Part shown: one piece after another, positions 1-15,092 of the stretch
Numbering within the stretch: position 1 is the stretch's first letter
Layout: each line of letters begins with the position of its first letter
Assembly: GCF_006345805.1 (NCBI RefSeq)
Contig: NC_043015.1
Location: forward strand, 6,076,001-6,140,000
Length of the DNA stretch: 64,000 nucleotides
Origin: Octopus sinensis
Lineage: Eukaryota
Direction of reading: 5' to 3'
Translations under genes and position numbers: made by a program
The notes under the pieces: generated by a model
Told to the model about the DNA's origin: nothing
Seen by the model: the letters and a program-made list of their open reading frames with translations, nothing else
Databases searched by the model: none

Positions 1-620
1 GAGATTTATTAATATTGTTTTGGTCCCCTAATCGGAATTATTCTTCCTCTTCAGTAGCACCATGCTGAGTACTGATCAAATTGAAAACAATTAGGCAATG
101 AAAATATTCCAAATTATGAATGACGGTGCATAAAGATTTGCGCAATGTCTGGATTTTAGATGGGAGCGCTGTGCTTGTTAAGAGCAGGCAAGAGGAATGA
201 GTTTGGGAGTTAGGACCTGGACGTAAAATGGACCCAGGAACTGGTAGAAAAAGCAAAGAGAATAATTTAACATATCAGTTGCCATCGACTGGAATGTATT
301 GAAGAGAGAATTCATGTTAATCAATAAAGAAATTTTTACTCGGTTTCAGAAATTATGCGTAACAGTGTTGGTAGAGATTAGGGAGTAGTAATCATGTGTG
401 GAGCTTACGTAAGCATTGCTGATGTTTAGTAGTTATTAGGCAGAGTTTGATGAATTTACTTGATCGGAAAGTTGATAATGGTGATTGTAACAGGAGGGTT
501 TCTGGGGATAGCAAATATTCTACTTCATAGATACGTATGAGCGATATTTCATGCTGTTTATAAAGATAAGCGGATGATTTAGATATTCTAGTTATACAGA
601 GGTTTGTAGGGAATTGATTT
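1..620 (-). mobile_element. Heavily decayed Penelope-like element, 3' part (tentative)
   Basis: Broken minus-strand translation includes ITRISKSSAY, resembling the PLE RT thumb region. A hammerhead-like core lies at 32-54. Many stops; boundaries approximate. Confidence 0.35.
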
Positions 621-1703
621 TTTTTTTTAACGTTTCCATTTCAGATACAATTTTTCTCGATAATAAAAAAAAAACATTGTGATAAACGATTGACAATTTA
701 CGAATTGTTTATCATAAATCGCTTTAGACTCAATCATTAGGCAAGGAAAAATAGACAACTGTAACTGAATCATTACATGATGGAAGCAAACAAAATATGT
801 TAAATATAAAAAAAAACAAGCAATACATGATGAAATACGTACACACATGTATACATACACACATACACAAACACACACGCACACATGCACACACACATAT
901 TAACAGCGTGAACATGCAATTTGAAATAATAGACTAACCCTCAAGAGATTTTTTCCAATCCAATAAAATAATATCGATTTTAATCAACGATATACCACGG
1001 CGTATATTCCTAAGTTACCCGCAAATAGAAAATCGTACTACAATATTTATTTAATGATATAATACATAGTTAAATAGATTTATCTTCGGTGAATGGTTAT
1101 GCTTAAATGATAATTATTTTGCTATCGTCACGCACTGGCAGAAATGGTATGAAATTAATACTTGTCTGGAATAAATTTAGAGGGTATGTCTCTTTTCCTT
1201 TATGAACAGCCATGGCACGAGTGTATTTCAAGGAAATTGAACGGACGGTTATAACACAAGTATATTTCAAGCAAATTGCACACAAGTGTTATTAAATTGT
1301 TCCTTTCCTGTCTGGAGTTAATTAGCTTATATAATGCATAATATAGGTGGAAGCGTTTTCATGTACGTAACATGTTTGCACAGCAAACATGGTTAGGTGA
1401 TATGTGTGACACGTTGGAAATGTTTTCTACCGTGTTTTCTGGGTGTGAGTGGCCCAACTACGTCATATGTGTAAAAATAGTTTCATGCATGTGTTTGTGT
1501 ATGTGTGTCATATCATGTCAAAAGCTGTCTTAACAATTAGCTACAAACTATTGCTAAAATAAATATCAGCATGAAAAAAGATGTATGGTATGTTGTGAGT
1601 GCCTTAAAATCCTTGAAAGCTGGTCCCTACTATAGCTGCAGTCTTATGAAGCAAAGTGTTAAAAGAACCAAAAATTTCCCTTTCCCTCACGCTATATATC
1701 TGT

Positions 1704-2042
<339 letters not shown>

Positions 2043-3418
2043 GTAAATATGTAAGTATATTATACACATTTTTAATTCATTATATGACAAATCCAATTAA
2101 TAATGGAATCTAATTTTTGATAGATTCATTTACTTATAATCTAATGTAAGGCACACATGTCAGTCAAAATTTTTCACACGAGCATAAGCTACATAAGATA
2201 TCAGATTAGCTTGATTTTCAATCGCTGTTTGATTTTCTGATTAATGAAGGCTAGAATTAGGTACTTGAAATACTTAGATTGATATTTGAAGATGTGAATA
2301 AGGCATATATTTCTGAGAAACACTCAATTTTACTTTCAAATGACAAAATTCGAATCCAACTCTATCTATTGACATTAAGCTTTCATCTTCCATTAAATAA
2401 AACTTAGGTATTAGCTGACACTGAATTCGTGCTGATTTCCAGCTGGGGCAAAAGAAAAAAAAACAGAAAACATTAGAGATGAGAGAAATATTGACACCTT
2501 GAAATCGCTCATTTTTCTAAATTTTCAAGTTTTCATGTTTTCATTAACTTATTTAAAATTTCTTTATGAAAAAAAATAACCGTGGCTTTAAGAACATGTT
2601 CTTAGAATACACATATGTTGGATGATTCATTCAGAATACATCAGTTACTTTGGCAAAGCCAACGAATATGCATATACCTAGTCGCTCGGTGTGACGAATA
2701 TATTAACCAAATACGATACTTAGGACGAAATAAAATTTCAGTAGTCTATTCCTTTAATAAAATGGATGACAAATGATAATGCTTTTCCAACTGAATTCTT
2801 GAAAATGAATGGTCACAGAAAAAATGAAATATGATCCGTTACGAGAAAAACACCCCCCCCCCGAAAAATCACTTGTAGACCATAAGAAAATCTAAATTCA
2901 CTTACATAATGTATTTTGCCGCCTCCAAAGTTATGTGATAATTACGTCTTCCTGTTACGCTATTCTTGTTTAGACCCAGCTTAGCAGGGATTGAAACCTC
3001 GTAAAATTATATGTAATCAAGCAGTAACCATTCTTCATTCCTTTCTTCATACCTGATATGTCTTAGACCTACATTATCTTACGTGTAATCGTTTGTTAAG
3101 TCATTTAGGGTGTGATATGATGGAAGGTTGATATGTTAAGAAATTAAACTTTGACATGATTCGTGATGTTACTTTGCAATGTTTTCTTCCCTTCTAACTT
3201 TACAAAGAAAGTGCATTTATTGTAAAGTATATATTGAGGCAAAGAAATATGCAGATAACCACTTAACAACATAACAGAGGCGAGAGATATTGATTTTTAT
3301 CCTTTTTATAAGGTCAAAAGAGCGCTTTTTGGCAGTTGCTTATCGATATATGTTTGTGAATTTTTTTTTGTTCACACACACAAGCACACTCTCGCAAATA
3401 TAGAAATACCCAACCAAT

Positions 3419-3452
<34 letters not shown>

Positions 3453-3461
3453 TATATATTA

Positions 3462-3521
<60 letters not shown>

Positions 3522-3676
3522 TATAATATATATATAAATGTATGTACACGTATATATATGAAACACCATAAATATTTACTGTATAATTATACACACATAT
3601 ATACTTATATGCATCTCTCTCTCTTTCTCTCTCTCTATATATATGGATATATACCCATCTATCTATATATCGGTGA

Positions 3677-3726
<50 letters not shown>

Positions 3727-3770
3727 GTGTATGTATGTATGTATGTATGTATGTGTGTATGTATGTATAC
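3419..3770. repeat. Compound microsatellites (TACA)n/(TA)n/(TG)n/(TATG)n
   Basis: Directly visible. Confidence 0.9.
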
Positions 3771-4422
3771 ACGTGAACGTTGAGTACTTTTACTTTTGAT
3801 GGAATATTCCAACGTACATGGAAACTAGTGTACAAAAGTAGTGTATATAATACGATTATATTACGAAGCCTTGTTTTCTCCAACAAGGGATATTATGTCA
3901 CGATACAGGACAAGTTCCGTCTCTAAGTATGAAACTATACTCAAAGAATTACAAATATGCTTATAGCAGGATATTTTGCAATCAATGAATCAACCAAAAC
4001 AATGTATTCCATCATAGATTATTTGGAATGGATTGCTTGACCGACGAATCTCAGTTGCACAAAGCTATCGACTGTCCACGAAATTTTAGGCTTTATGTAA
4101 TCTGAGTGATGTTTTTTTCTAAATGGTATACATATATGTATATATGTATGTATGTATTTATGGATGTATGAATGGGTGTATATATGTATGTGTGTATTTA
4201 TGTATATATGCATGTATGTATTTATGTATGTATATATGATATGTGTGCGTGACTATGTGCATGTGTGTGCATAAAGCATGTCACTTTCATTGTTTACTCT
4301 AATATATGCTGGTTTATGTTATATTCTGGGCTGCATCCGATGTGTACATAAACTGCTCGAGATATGTAGTGGAATGAACATATTTAATAGTATGTTTATA
4401 TATTGTATATTATATCAGATAC

Positions 4423-4543
4423 CTTCATTCAGACCTAAGCTGTTTCTCCCGATCTTGGCTCTAAACATAATTCCCTGGTATTCATCAAAAGGAATTAGCG
4501 TTTCCATGTGACAGGCAGAACAGAATCGATGCAATGTAAATAA
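4423..4543 (-). CDS. Candidate internal exon, unknown protein (LFTLHRFCSACHMETLIPFDEYQGIMFRAKIGRNSLGLNE)
   Basis: Strong acceptor (tcatcttctccatcttcttctgcttag). Only phase 0 is open across 121 nt. Donor G|gtatct is weak. No recognised homology. Confidence 0.3.
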
Positions 4544-4873
4544 CTAAGCAGAAGAAGATGGAGAAGATGACGGGAATAAAAAAAAAATATATATATATAT
4601 ACATAGTATACACACAATAAAACTATACTAAAACAAATATGTATATAGAAAGGAAAAATTAAGAAACGATACAAAAAAAAAAAACACAAGCAGAAAATTA
4701 TTGAGAAATGAACAATAGAACACGAGAAAAAATCCCAGAAAATGGAAAAACGAAACAAAGAAAGAGAGAGAAAATAATTGAGAAGAAAGAGGGGGGGACT
4801 AGGAAGAAGTTGCAAATATATATAAGAAAGAAAGAACGATGGGGAGGATGTGCGCAGGAGAAGAGAACATATA

Positions 4874-4971
4874 CAAATAATAATAATGATAATAATAATA
4901 ATGATAATAATAATAATAATAATAACAATAATAATAATAACAATAATAATAATAATAACAATAACAATAAC

Positions 4972-5012
<41 letters not shown>

Positions 5013-5032
5013 TAATAATAACAATGATAATA
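4874..5032. repeat. (AAT/AAC)n trinucleotide tract
   Basis: Directly visible; explains the poly-N/L/I ORFs here. Confidence 0.95.
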
Positions 5033-5328
5033 TAAGGAATCGAAGCTGAAGTAGTATAGATCGCATTTGAATGTTTTTGTTCGATGTTATTAACAATGGA
5101 ATAGTAGGTGCCGCTTGATGTCTGAAATATCTCGGTTGAACGGAAAAGAGTGACTGCAAAGTAGAGTGCATGTAGGAGATATATCTAAACAACTAAACAA
5201 GTGTAGATAGCCTGTGAAACTGAGATATATGTACGTGTTCTCCTTTTCCTCTACGTAGTTACGTTGTTATATCATATACGAACAGCATATATGATACATA
5301 ATTTAAATACAAAGAATACATCTATATA

Positions 5329-5398
<70 letters not shown>

Positions 5399-5828
5399 CA
5401 TATATATATAAAAACAAATATATATATGTATTGTATGCAAAATATATTTATTTATATTCTCGGATAACGAAATACATCTTAAAATAATCTGCGTGTTTCT
5501 ATCTGAAACAAAGAAAACGATGGTCGGATCAGTTCGATTCAAAACAAATTAATATGGAAATTCTTTCTCGAACAGACTAAGAAATGCACACATACACATG
5601 TATGTGCATGTGTGCACACATGCATGTGCATGTGTGCACACATACTCAGCCCCGTCGCCTTCATATGTTTATACGTACATAATACGTAAATATATATAAT
5701 ATTCAAGTCTGTGTATATGTATTGTTCCGTCATATTGCGAATGCACAGGCCCCGCAAAGCTGATACACTCCCAAAGAGAGTAGAAACAACAATAATGTAG
5801 AAGAAACACATCCGTTTCTACATGTTGT

Positions 5829-6148
<320 letters not shown>

Positions 6149-6217
6149 AGCTTAGATTTCATCCCAAATACGAGAAAGCCGAAGAATGCATTGTTATATT
6201 CATGTATTACTGCAGAG

Positions 6218-6550
6218 GCTGTGAGCTGGTAGAATGATTAGCGCGCTGAGCAAACATGCTTAATCGCATTTCGTACATCGTGAGTTCAAATTCCGCTGAT
6301 GTTAGTCTTGCCAGTCATCCATTTTCAAGGTCCATGAAATAAGAACCTGTTGAAAACTTGTAGTCGTCATAATCGACTTGACCCTCCCCCAATCATTATT
6401 ACATAATACCGTAAGGTGACTGGCAAAATATTAAGCATTACTTCGTCCGGCATTGCATTTGGAGTTTACATTCTCTCATACCTTTGAGGTCGATAAAATG
6501 AGTAACAGTCAAGTACTGGGGTCGCTGCAATCGACTAGTCTCCTTCCCTC
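6218..6550 (+). mobile_element. Two adjacent degenerate family-B SINE copies
   Basis: gagctggtagaatgattagc...gagttcaaattcc head and gaggtcgataaaatgagta...ctggggtcgctgcaatcgact body, similar to the intact copy at 12894. Confidence 0.6.
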
Positions 6551-6585
6551 AAGTAGAAAGGATAATCGTATATTATTGTGCTCAC

Positions 6586-6627
6586 ACTTTGAAAGATACA
6601 GAGTGGAAAATAGGATTTTGTCGCCAT
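6586..6627 (-). CDS. Candidate first coding exon (MATKSYFPLCIFQS)
   Basis: aaaaATGGCG start context and a gtgagc donor at phase 0, compatible with the candidate exon 4543-4423. Could be chance. Confidence 0.2.
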
Positions 6628-7118
6628 TTTTGTTCACGTAGTCGATCCATGTTCTCTCATGTTTCTACCTGGGAATGCGTACCGTCATAAAATTATATAG
6701 ACAAACATCTAACTTTGGTCTATAGACCTGATGCTACCATTTACTTTTACTAGTACCAACACTACAGTAGCCTCTATTTCTCAAATCCTCCTGGTCTCCA
6801 ACCTTCTCCATTCAGATATTTCTTTAGTCACAAAACTCGTCACATAGGCATTGCATTAATCCGTCCACCTAATCCTCGTGCCTCAGGATTACGATCCCAT
6901 GGAAACCCCTTGCTCCCACAATTTTGCTTGCAGCACTTGACTTACAATATATCTATTTAAATCTAACGGCACTGAACTAATTAAATACATATACTGTATA
7001 TTCTAGGGTATAATACGACATTGTGCATAAAGTAGCCACAAAATGTTCAGTTAGAATAACGTTTAGGGCTTAATTCGTTAGAAATGACGATATATCTCGA
7101 ATAAATAATAATAGTAAA

Positions 7119-7361
7119 TGCGCCCTTTTAAAACCTAGCCAGGCTCATGGGCCCGGTTTCCCGGTTTCAACAGCGTATGTGTTTCCCAACTGGACAGGAC
7201 GCCAGTCCATTGCAGCTTTACTCATTAATGTCCGCTGAGTCGACTGGAGCAACGCAAAATGAAGTGTTTTGCTCAAGAACACAACGCGTCGCTCGGTCCA
7301 GGAAACCCCAATCTTACGATCATGATGCTGACACCCTAACCACTAAGCCACGCACCTCCAC
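7119..7361 (-). mobile_element. tRNA-derived SINE, family D
   Basis: Minus-strand head gtggaggtgcgtggcttagtggttagggtg (A-box-like). Body has ttgagcaaaacacttca and atggactggcgtcctgtccag, resembling conserved SINE central domains. Confidence 0.75.
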
Positions 7362-7992
7362 TCTGGAAAAAAATATCGTACTGATATTTGAAGTTTTTGT
7401 TGCTTTCCTTCAAGACCACCGAGAAACTAACAGAGGGGTATTTTTTATCAAATACCACAACTTACAATGCTTCAAGAAGGAAGAATCTATTTTCAGTCCA
7501 ATACTATTATTCCAATTTTCCCTGCTATTTATTCACGTATTCCTTTGTTCTTGTATGCCATCTTTAAACGACCTGTTGAGGCTTAAATTCAGCCATGTTG
7601 TTGGTTCAAGTCCTTAATTTGAAATGAGGCATTATATGAAAAGAAGATGTAACGCAAGTTCAAAACAGTGAGCAAGACATGTGATACAGAGAAGAAAGAG
7701 AAGAGAGAAAGAGCGAAATAAGGAGGGAGGAAATGAAAAAGTTGCAAGGTATTAAGATTTATCCTCAAGTGTGGATGTCTTTGCAATTACTCTCATTTAA
7801 CAAATAATTTGCTGTAAAATGTACAAGTAAATTATGGAAAAAAGAAGCCGATCGCGTTTCACTACTTGGTTAGAAAAAAATCGGTTTCTAAATTTAGAAG
7901 GTATAATCTAATGAATAAGTCAGGTAAAACTATTCTATATACATCAACAATGTTTTTCGATAACCTTTTAAATGCTTCGTAGCTTTCAGAAA

Positions 7993-8027
<35 letters not shown>

Positions 8028-8153
8028 TAACAATTAAGGATAATCTCTTAATAAGGGATCTTAACAAGAAATTATCGGGCAGCTAGCGTGAAAACCTCAT
8101 AAAAGAAAAGAATTCGAAAATAATTTTTTTCTTTTGAACAAATTAATTATATC

Positions 8154-8490
<337 letters not shown>

Positions 8491-9599
8491 CGTATATGTG
8501 AAACATTGATGATACTCTGTTATAATTTCACTTACAGAGCAGTACCATATATTTTCGTTTCTGCAAAATACAATAGTAAAACATTTATCTAAGAAACACA
8601 GTTTTGTAGATATTCATGGCTTTGAAAATACTGATATTATTCGGTAGACCACTCCTAATACGTATCTGGGATGTTTCTATGGAGATGTATATGATATATT
8701 TTAGTCTCACGGAATATATTTTATTGTAAAGATATACTGGATGAATGGTTGAATAGATAAATTTAGTTATAAACTGCTATAGAGGGAAATAAAACTCGCA
8801 ATATTTACTTGAATCTATAATGTCATAGCAACTAGACTTAACGAGTCGATATTCACATTATGCAAATAGTATTTCTTTTTTAGTTCAGTATATGTAATTG
8901 CTCCCTTATGTCGGCATATTTATTCAGTTTCTCCTAGTATTATTCTGCCTATATATATAAGCTAGCATAGTCGCGTATGTATATTTTCAAGACTACGTGA
9001 TGCAGAATTAAATGTATTGATGATGAAATATAAAACATTTTCAAAAGCTTATTGTGTAGTCATGTATTTACGATACAGACATATATTTTAAAGACAAAGT
9101 TGTTAAGACTGTGTCATAAGAACTTGTCTAAATGTGTGCAAATTTTAAAAGATAGATTATTTAAAAGTTCCAACTTCCAGTAAATTTTCTCTATGAACAA
9201 ATTAAGTTGATAAGCTATATATTTCAATGATTTCTTTTAATTTAATCATGGTATTGAAATTTGATAACGTCAGCGAACGAAGCATTTATCTCAGAAAGCG
9301 AGCTATTAATTAGAAAATAAAGTGAAAAATAAAATATTTTAAAAATTAGTCTTTAACAGACATATTCTCTGAAGTAAATTTTATTTCAGATGGGCGTATC
9401 AAAGGTTAGATTTACATTTGTATCAATGCTCTGCACATTATATGTGTGTATGTAGGAGAGAGATGGGGAAGGCGAAAGCGAGAGAGAAAAAAGCATGTGT
9501 GTGTGTGAGTCTGTGTGTGTGTGTGTTTAAGTCTCATTTGTATCTTAATTTGCTTACACTGTTATTGACGTTCAAGTAGTTTAGTCTAACGTAGATATG

Positions 9600-9760
9600 G
9601 ACAACTGGGAATGGTTCTGAAACCAACCAAACCGCATAAACAGATCAGGTTGAACAACATTGAGTGCTACAGTACTCAATGGTCTCCACATTGACTGCTC
9701 CAATACGAACCAGTTTCGATCGCTGGTTGAGAGTAGCAGTTGAGTATTAATTATAATAAC
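9600..9760 (-). mobile_element. Possible LINE APE-endonuclease N-terminal scrap
   Basis: KLVRIGAVNVETI resembles the RTE start motif LRIG-x-x-NV-x-T. Confidence 0.25.
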
Positions 9761-10207
9761 AATTGTTAATGTTGACACATATGGGAACATATACTGGCAT
9801 GGAGTGATGGTGGCTTTGACAAGGAAACTGACATGAGTAATTTAACTAGCACTAAAAGTTAGTGATTTACTTTGCCGTCATTGTCTTTCGTTAGCCGCAT
9901 TTTAATTCGTTTATCCTTGACTATCAATTTTCTTTAGCTTTTGAGGACTAAAATATAAATGTAACCTTGCTATTCTGTTACTAAGTCGAATGTTTCTCAA
10001 TCATTTTCGTTCCACGCTTCATAAGTTTACTGAAACATGCACGGAAAATATATATATATATGTGTGTGTGTGTGTGTTTGCGCTCGTGTGTGTGTTTGTG
10101 TGTGTAATATATATATAGGTATGTATCTGTGTGTACGTGCGTGTATGTTTGCATGCATGTTTATATCTGTGTATGGTGTCGAAAAATGTTTCAATTAAAG
10201 TTTTATT

Positions 10208-10417
10208 GCAAGGCTGGGTGCTGAAAATGCCTGGCCTTAAAGCTATCGCGAAAGGCCTGGTTGGAGGCTTAACCTACCGAGTTCTTTTAAACGTCTTAGA
10301 AAAACTGAGGAACCGCCGAAATAATTGTGTGAACATGTTGAACAAAATCATAACTAATTGATCCTCTTGTATATTCCTTTACGCAAAGCCAGGAACTTTT
10401 CAAGTCACCCACTTGTA
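10208..10417 (+). mobile_element. Mariner-derived MITE
   Basis: Imperfect TIRs gggtgctgaaaatgcctggcctt (10216) and aaagccaggaacttttcaagtcaccc (10385-10410). Internal LEKLRNRRNNCVN resembles the mariner transposase C-terminus. Confidence 0.75.
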
Positions 10418-10929
10418 AATTATATCCATGTGTTAGTTACGAAGTAACTCACGCCCTTCGTACTTCTTACCGCGCCCAACCAGCGGGAGGTGCAACACGC
10501 CAGCAGTAACACTACTTTAGACCAATTTAGTTTTACTTATTATTTACAATTTATGTATATAGTTTTCTGTTTAAATATTACAGGAATGGTATTGAACGTC
10601 GATATTTTTCTTACTTTATTGAGTAGCATTGATCGACTTACAATAACATTTTGTGCAGCACTCAACACTTGTCAATAAAACCAATGTGTAATGCATGTAA
10701 GTTACATAATCTAGAATATTGTCGTACTTTACTGTGTGTTAAAGTAACACTATATGAAATCAATAATTATTTTATTTTAAATGAATTGGTTAGTGATTCC
10801 TTGTCTGCAAAATTCTCAACTTTGAATTATTTAGTTATACGCATTACTTCACAATTCATATCATTAGTGTCAATGAAATACTGCGGTACCAGTCGTATAT
10901 TGAGATACCTAGACTGCAGTTGCAATTTT

Positions 10930-11215
10930 TGTTTTACGAACTTGCCATGGCTCGGATAGGAGTCATAACTACAGAGGCAATGTAGAGACTGCGCAGCAAA
11001 TTCATGCGGACGTGGTAGGACAGTCCTCCAAAATTCAGCTCATTCAATATGTACTGCTAGATATTAAGGAAAAAGAAGACCACTCCGGCAACCAGTGTAC
11101 AGCAACTCTTTGCACACTGAACCACATATTGACCGAATGGCCTAGAGCACTATTAGAAGGCCGATACAAAGGAATAATTGACAGTAACCTCGCAGAATTT
11201 GCCCTAAAATGAGCA
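10930..11215 (+). mobile_element. Decayed RTE-type LINE C-terminal fragment
   Basis: Frameshifted WLDRV-like motif followed by ...RALLEGRYKG, similar to RTE ORF ends. Confidence 0.35.
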
Positions 11216-12189
11216 ACATTATATTTGATTCACTGCTTCACTAATTCTCCAGTGGTACAACAATACATACATGTACAAAAATATAAATATAAATATAAAT
11301 ATTTTCTGACAAAAGTGCTGGAGTTTTACAAATGTAGTTTTATTGCATCTAAGGAATAAAAGGTAAAAGGTGGCACAGTTTAGCATTCAGTCTGTGGTTC
11401 TATAGTCTGTGGTTGTGGTAACGTTTTCAATGGTAAGAGTAACATGTGATTGTATTGAAGGTGAACATACCGTTGAACTTTAACATAATTCTAAAATATC
11501 GCTCTATCGAATCTGTCTGTAATGCATTCAGTTTTCTTTCATCGAGTCACACAATCTAATGAGATACAGATGAGTTTCTATTCCGGTTAGTATTGACAGC
11601 CAAATCCCTTTTCAAATTACACGGTATCGTCTATAAACAGGGACGTCTGTTTGAATGATATAACGTTATATATACAAGCATAAGAGATGTTCATGGCTTT
11701 AGCACCTTTGATCATGTCTGTAGATTAAGGGTTAGCACAAACATCAGCTAATGATAATGATTTATTGCTCTGGCAGAACACTATAAATTTCGAGGTTTAA
11801 TTAATTTTCATTGATTTATTTTATTGACGCGGACGACTGAACGGCAACCTTTAAAGATTCGGGATGGAACGTTAGTTATGTGAAGGGAGGTAATTTATTA
11901 CCGCAAAGTATTATGTCATGTGCAGTTTCTCTTCCGTCATTAAGCCGTGTTGTATTTATATTCAGGAGTTAATCAAAATATTTTAGTAGCATGTCTAATA
12001 AATATTTAGAAATATTTCTTGTTTGGGTGATACAAACAAACAAAAAATATCACATAGCAGTAGTTTTGAGAGACAAATGTATATTTTTTAAATACTCACA
12101 CACACAGACTGACAAGCACAAACAAATGTGCCCTGGTATACCCACTTCTTCCCAATTTCTTTTCGTCATTATCATCAAATTTTCGTTTC

Positions 12190-13170
12190 CGGAGACAACT
12201 CTACACCGGTTCGAGTAGGAAGCATTCAGTCGTCATCAGATCTGTACTCTCTGGTGGATGTGGTACCATTGGTCACCAAAGCTAGTTTACAGATTACCTG
12301 ATTTCTTACCAAAGATGTGTGCCGTCGCAATTTGTCACAATGAATGCGGAACTTATTGAGATATTTATAGATCCATCTATATTTTTGCTTTTGTTTTTTT
12401 ATGTGTGTGTATCAACATTTTACTATCTGTTCACTGTGCAGCAACATTTAAGTCCATTTAGAAGATTGGCGCCAATATATTCCCCTGTATTACTCGCAAT
12501 TATTTACTGTTATCTTCATTGGCTCTTCAAAGTCGTAGTCTGACACTTTTCAAGAGACTGCGTCTTCGTTTCATATTCATAACAGTAGATCCATTTCTCC
12601 TCAGATGATATTAATGTCTTCACCGATACCCACATTTCAGCAACCTCACAGATTGTGATTCATCAGTCAGCGAGAAATTATTCATCCACTCGTTGGCGAT
12701 TCGTGACTGTGGTCGCAGCTGATGGTCTCCTACTACGTGGAATATATTCAAAGCTGTTCCTCCTTCATCTATTTGTGTACATTGGTCTCGTCAGTCGTGT
12801 CATCTCCGTAAAGAGTAAGTAGCACATTTGGGTAATGCCGACAGCTTGTATCATGCCTCTATCAAGAACTAAATGACACCATACTGTCTGTTTATAAGGC
12901 GGCGAGCTGGCAGAAACGTTAGCACGCCGGGCGAAATGCTTATAGGTATTTCGTCTGCATTTACGTTCTGAGTTCAGATTCCGCCGAGGTCGACTTTGCC
13001 TTTCATCCTTTCGGGGTCGATAAATTAAGTACCAGTTACGCACTGGGCTCGATGTAATCGACTTAATCCTTTTTATCTGTCCTTGTTTGTCCCCTCTGCG
13101 TGTAGCTCCTAGTGGGCAGTAAAGAAATAAGATACTGTCTGTTTGTAAATGTTTATTTTTCTACATCAAG
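12190..13170 (-). mobile_element. Mariner transposase remnant, internally deleted and interrupted by a SINE
   Basis: Ordered motifs on the minus strand: RQYGVI*FLIE, LYGDDT, PRSRRPS, ITICEVAEM, EKWIYCYEYETKTQS, HCDKLRRHTS, VPHPPESTDL. Multiple stops. Confidence 0.8.
12894..13131 (+). mobile_element. Intact family-B SINE with 13-bp TSD
   Basis: TSD atactgtctgttt at 12881-12893 and 13132-13144. Head ggcgagctggcagaaacgttagc, B-box-like gagttcagattcc, tail aaagaaataag. Confidence 0.92.
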
Positions 13171-13419
13171 GAGTAAACTTGTTTATGAAGTAAGTTACTT
13201 TGTAGACACTAGTTGTTTAAACTATTTATAACCGTATTTATACTATTTATAACACCAATAAAACGTTTTGCTCAGTTCTGTAATACGTTCGGTAGAATTT
13301 TCATAACCTGTGAAATAGGAAAATGAATTTTTAAAAAAAACAGTGTTAAAGTAGAAACAAAACACCAGGAACAACAGACAGAAAGATATACTCATATTAA
13401 TGAACTTTCAGGAAATTAT

Positions 13420-14300
13420 ATTCTAGAGATTTGCGAATTTCTTTATAATTTCAATGCTAAATACAGTGAATTAGTATACTTTAAGAAATCGAAATAATTA
13501 TTAATTTATATATAACTGCACACTTTATGAATAAAACCCACTTAAGCAATTACGCTTCATTAGAAATTTCACTTAATGAAGTACTCATCAATAATATGTT
13601 GGCTTTGATTATTCTCACGATATTGTTCTATTAGCTATAAAGTACTTTTAATATGGACCAATCTTAGTGAAATGTCAACTCTTCAACGATCTTACAATTG
13701 GTTACTTTGTGGTATTGATTTCTTGGCTCAAGATCAATTCTATTGTGTTGCTAGTGACTTCTATTCTGATGCTAAATAGAGCATTCTTCACATGGATGTG
13801 AATCGAGCGAAGGCTGGTTTTCCCGCTAATCTTTTAGTCATAGGTCTGTAGCTCATCTGATTTTGACATTTATATTATTTAGGATGTGTTTATTAATTAA
13901 TCGATTTCACTCTTCGATGACTTAATTAACCCACATTTCGGATTAGAGTTGAAGTTCTCCTTGTGACTGTTTAAAGTGATATAATGTTCACTGTTGGAGA
14001 AACATTCTATCCGCTGATCTCATTTTAATTTCGTTGCAATTTAATTAACTTTCTTATTGATATAGTTAAATATACGCAGACCAACATTTCTCTTCTTCTG
14101 AGGAGTATTCTTACATAGTAGTCTGCTGTAGAGGTCTTAAAATGTGTGTATTATTTTCTTTCGATTAAAAAATTCAACACTTTAGAAACATACCATAGTG
14201 TCTCCGATGACGGGATTTCAAATTATGCTGGGTAACATTATAACAATTACACACTCATAATTATACCTGTAATATTTAATGTAAAATTTCAAATACTTTC
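13420..14300 (-). mobile_element. Penelope-like element RT remnant
   Basis: QRIECFSNSEHYITLNSHKENFNSNPKCGLI matches the PLE motif RIECF...ITLKDHKENF..NPKCRLINP; frameshifted. Confidence 0.75.
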
Positions 14301-14966
14301 TGTCCTCAATTTGAGTGACCAATTGCATGTTATTAATCTTAAATTGTTTAACCTTTTCACTTATATTAGTAGATATTAAATAAATAGGAGTGTCAATTCG
14401 GCCTCGGGATTAAGTTGTTCCTCAGTATACATGGATGCTTATATATTTATATAAATATATACAAGACTGGATACGAAGATAAAAGTTTGGCCATTCCCCT
14501 AAACTTCTGTATAAATATTTAAATATGTTTTCTGTTGAAGTTTTGACGAAGCGATGCACACTTTCTACTGTCAAATGCTGTCTACAAATTGTTTCTGTAT
14601 ATATTCTTCTAAACTGCCATGAATTTTGATGAACTTATACATAATTATGAATTAATTTTTCTGTTTAGTTTGAACACATTTATGTAAACAGTTTAAACAT
14701 GAAGCCCCACTTAACATTTTCTTATTAATGGCAATGACTCTATCACTGTATTTTAATACACCTATGTTAACTGTTTTGTAACATCACAAAGGCTACACAG
14801 AGCCTTACATATTACTTTTGAAAATCTTTTTAAAAAATGTGAAACCGGTGAAGTCAATAAACATCTTTAAAAGACTTCTGCTTTTTCAAATCCTCCCATG
14901 CACACACACTCACACATGCACAAACACACACACACACACACACCACATATATATATATATTATATA

Positions 14967-14997
<31 letters not shown>

Positions 14998-15053
14998 GGG
15001 AGAGAGAGAAAGAGTGAGATTGAGAGAGATTTATATATATATATATATACATT

Positions 15054-15092
<39 letters not shown>

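Noticed and set aside
14185-14218. Apparent minus-strand microexon HNLKSRHRRHY with a gtatgt donor
   Set aside because: It lies in register with the Penelope remnant upstream of its RT (NLKSR resembles the PLE NIKFR motif), so a repeat origin is more likely.
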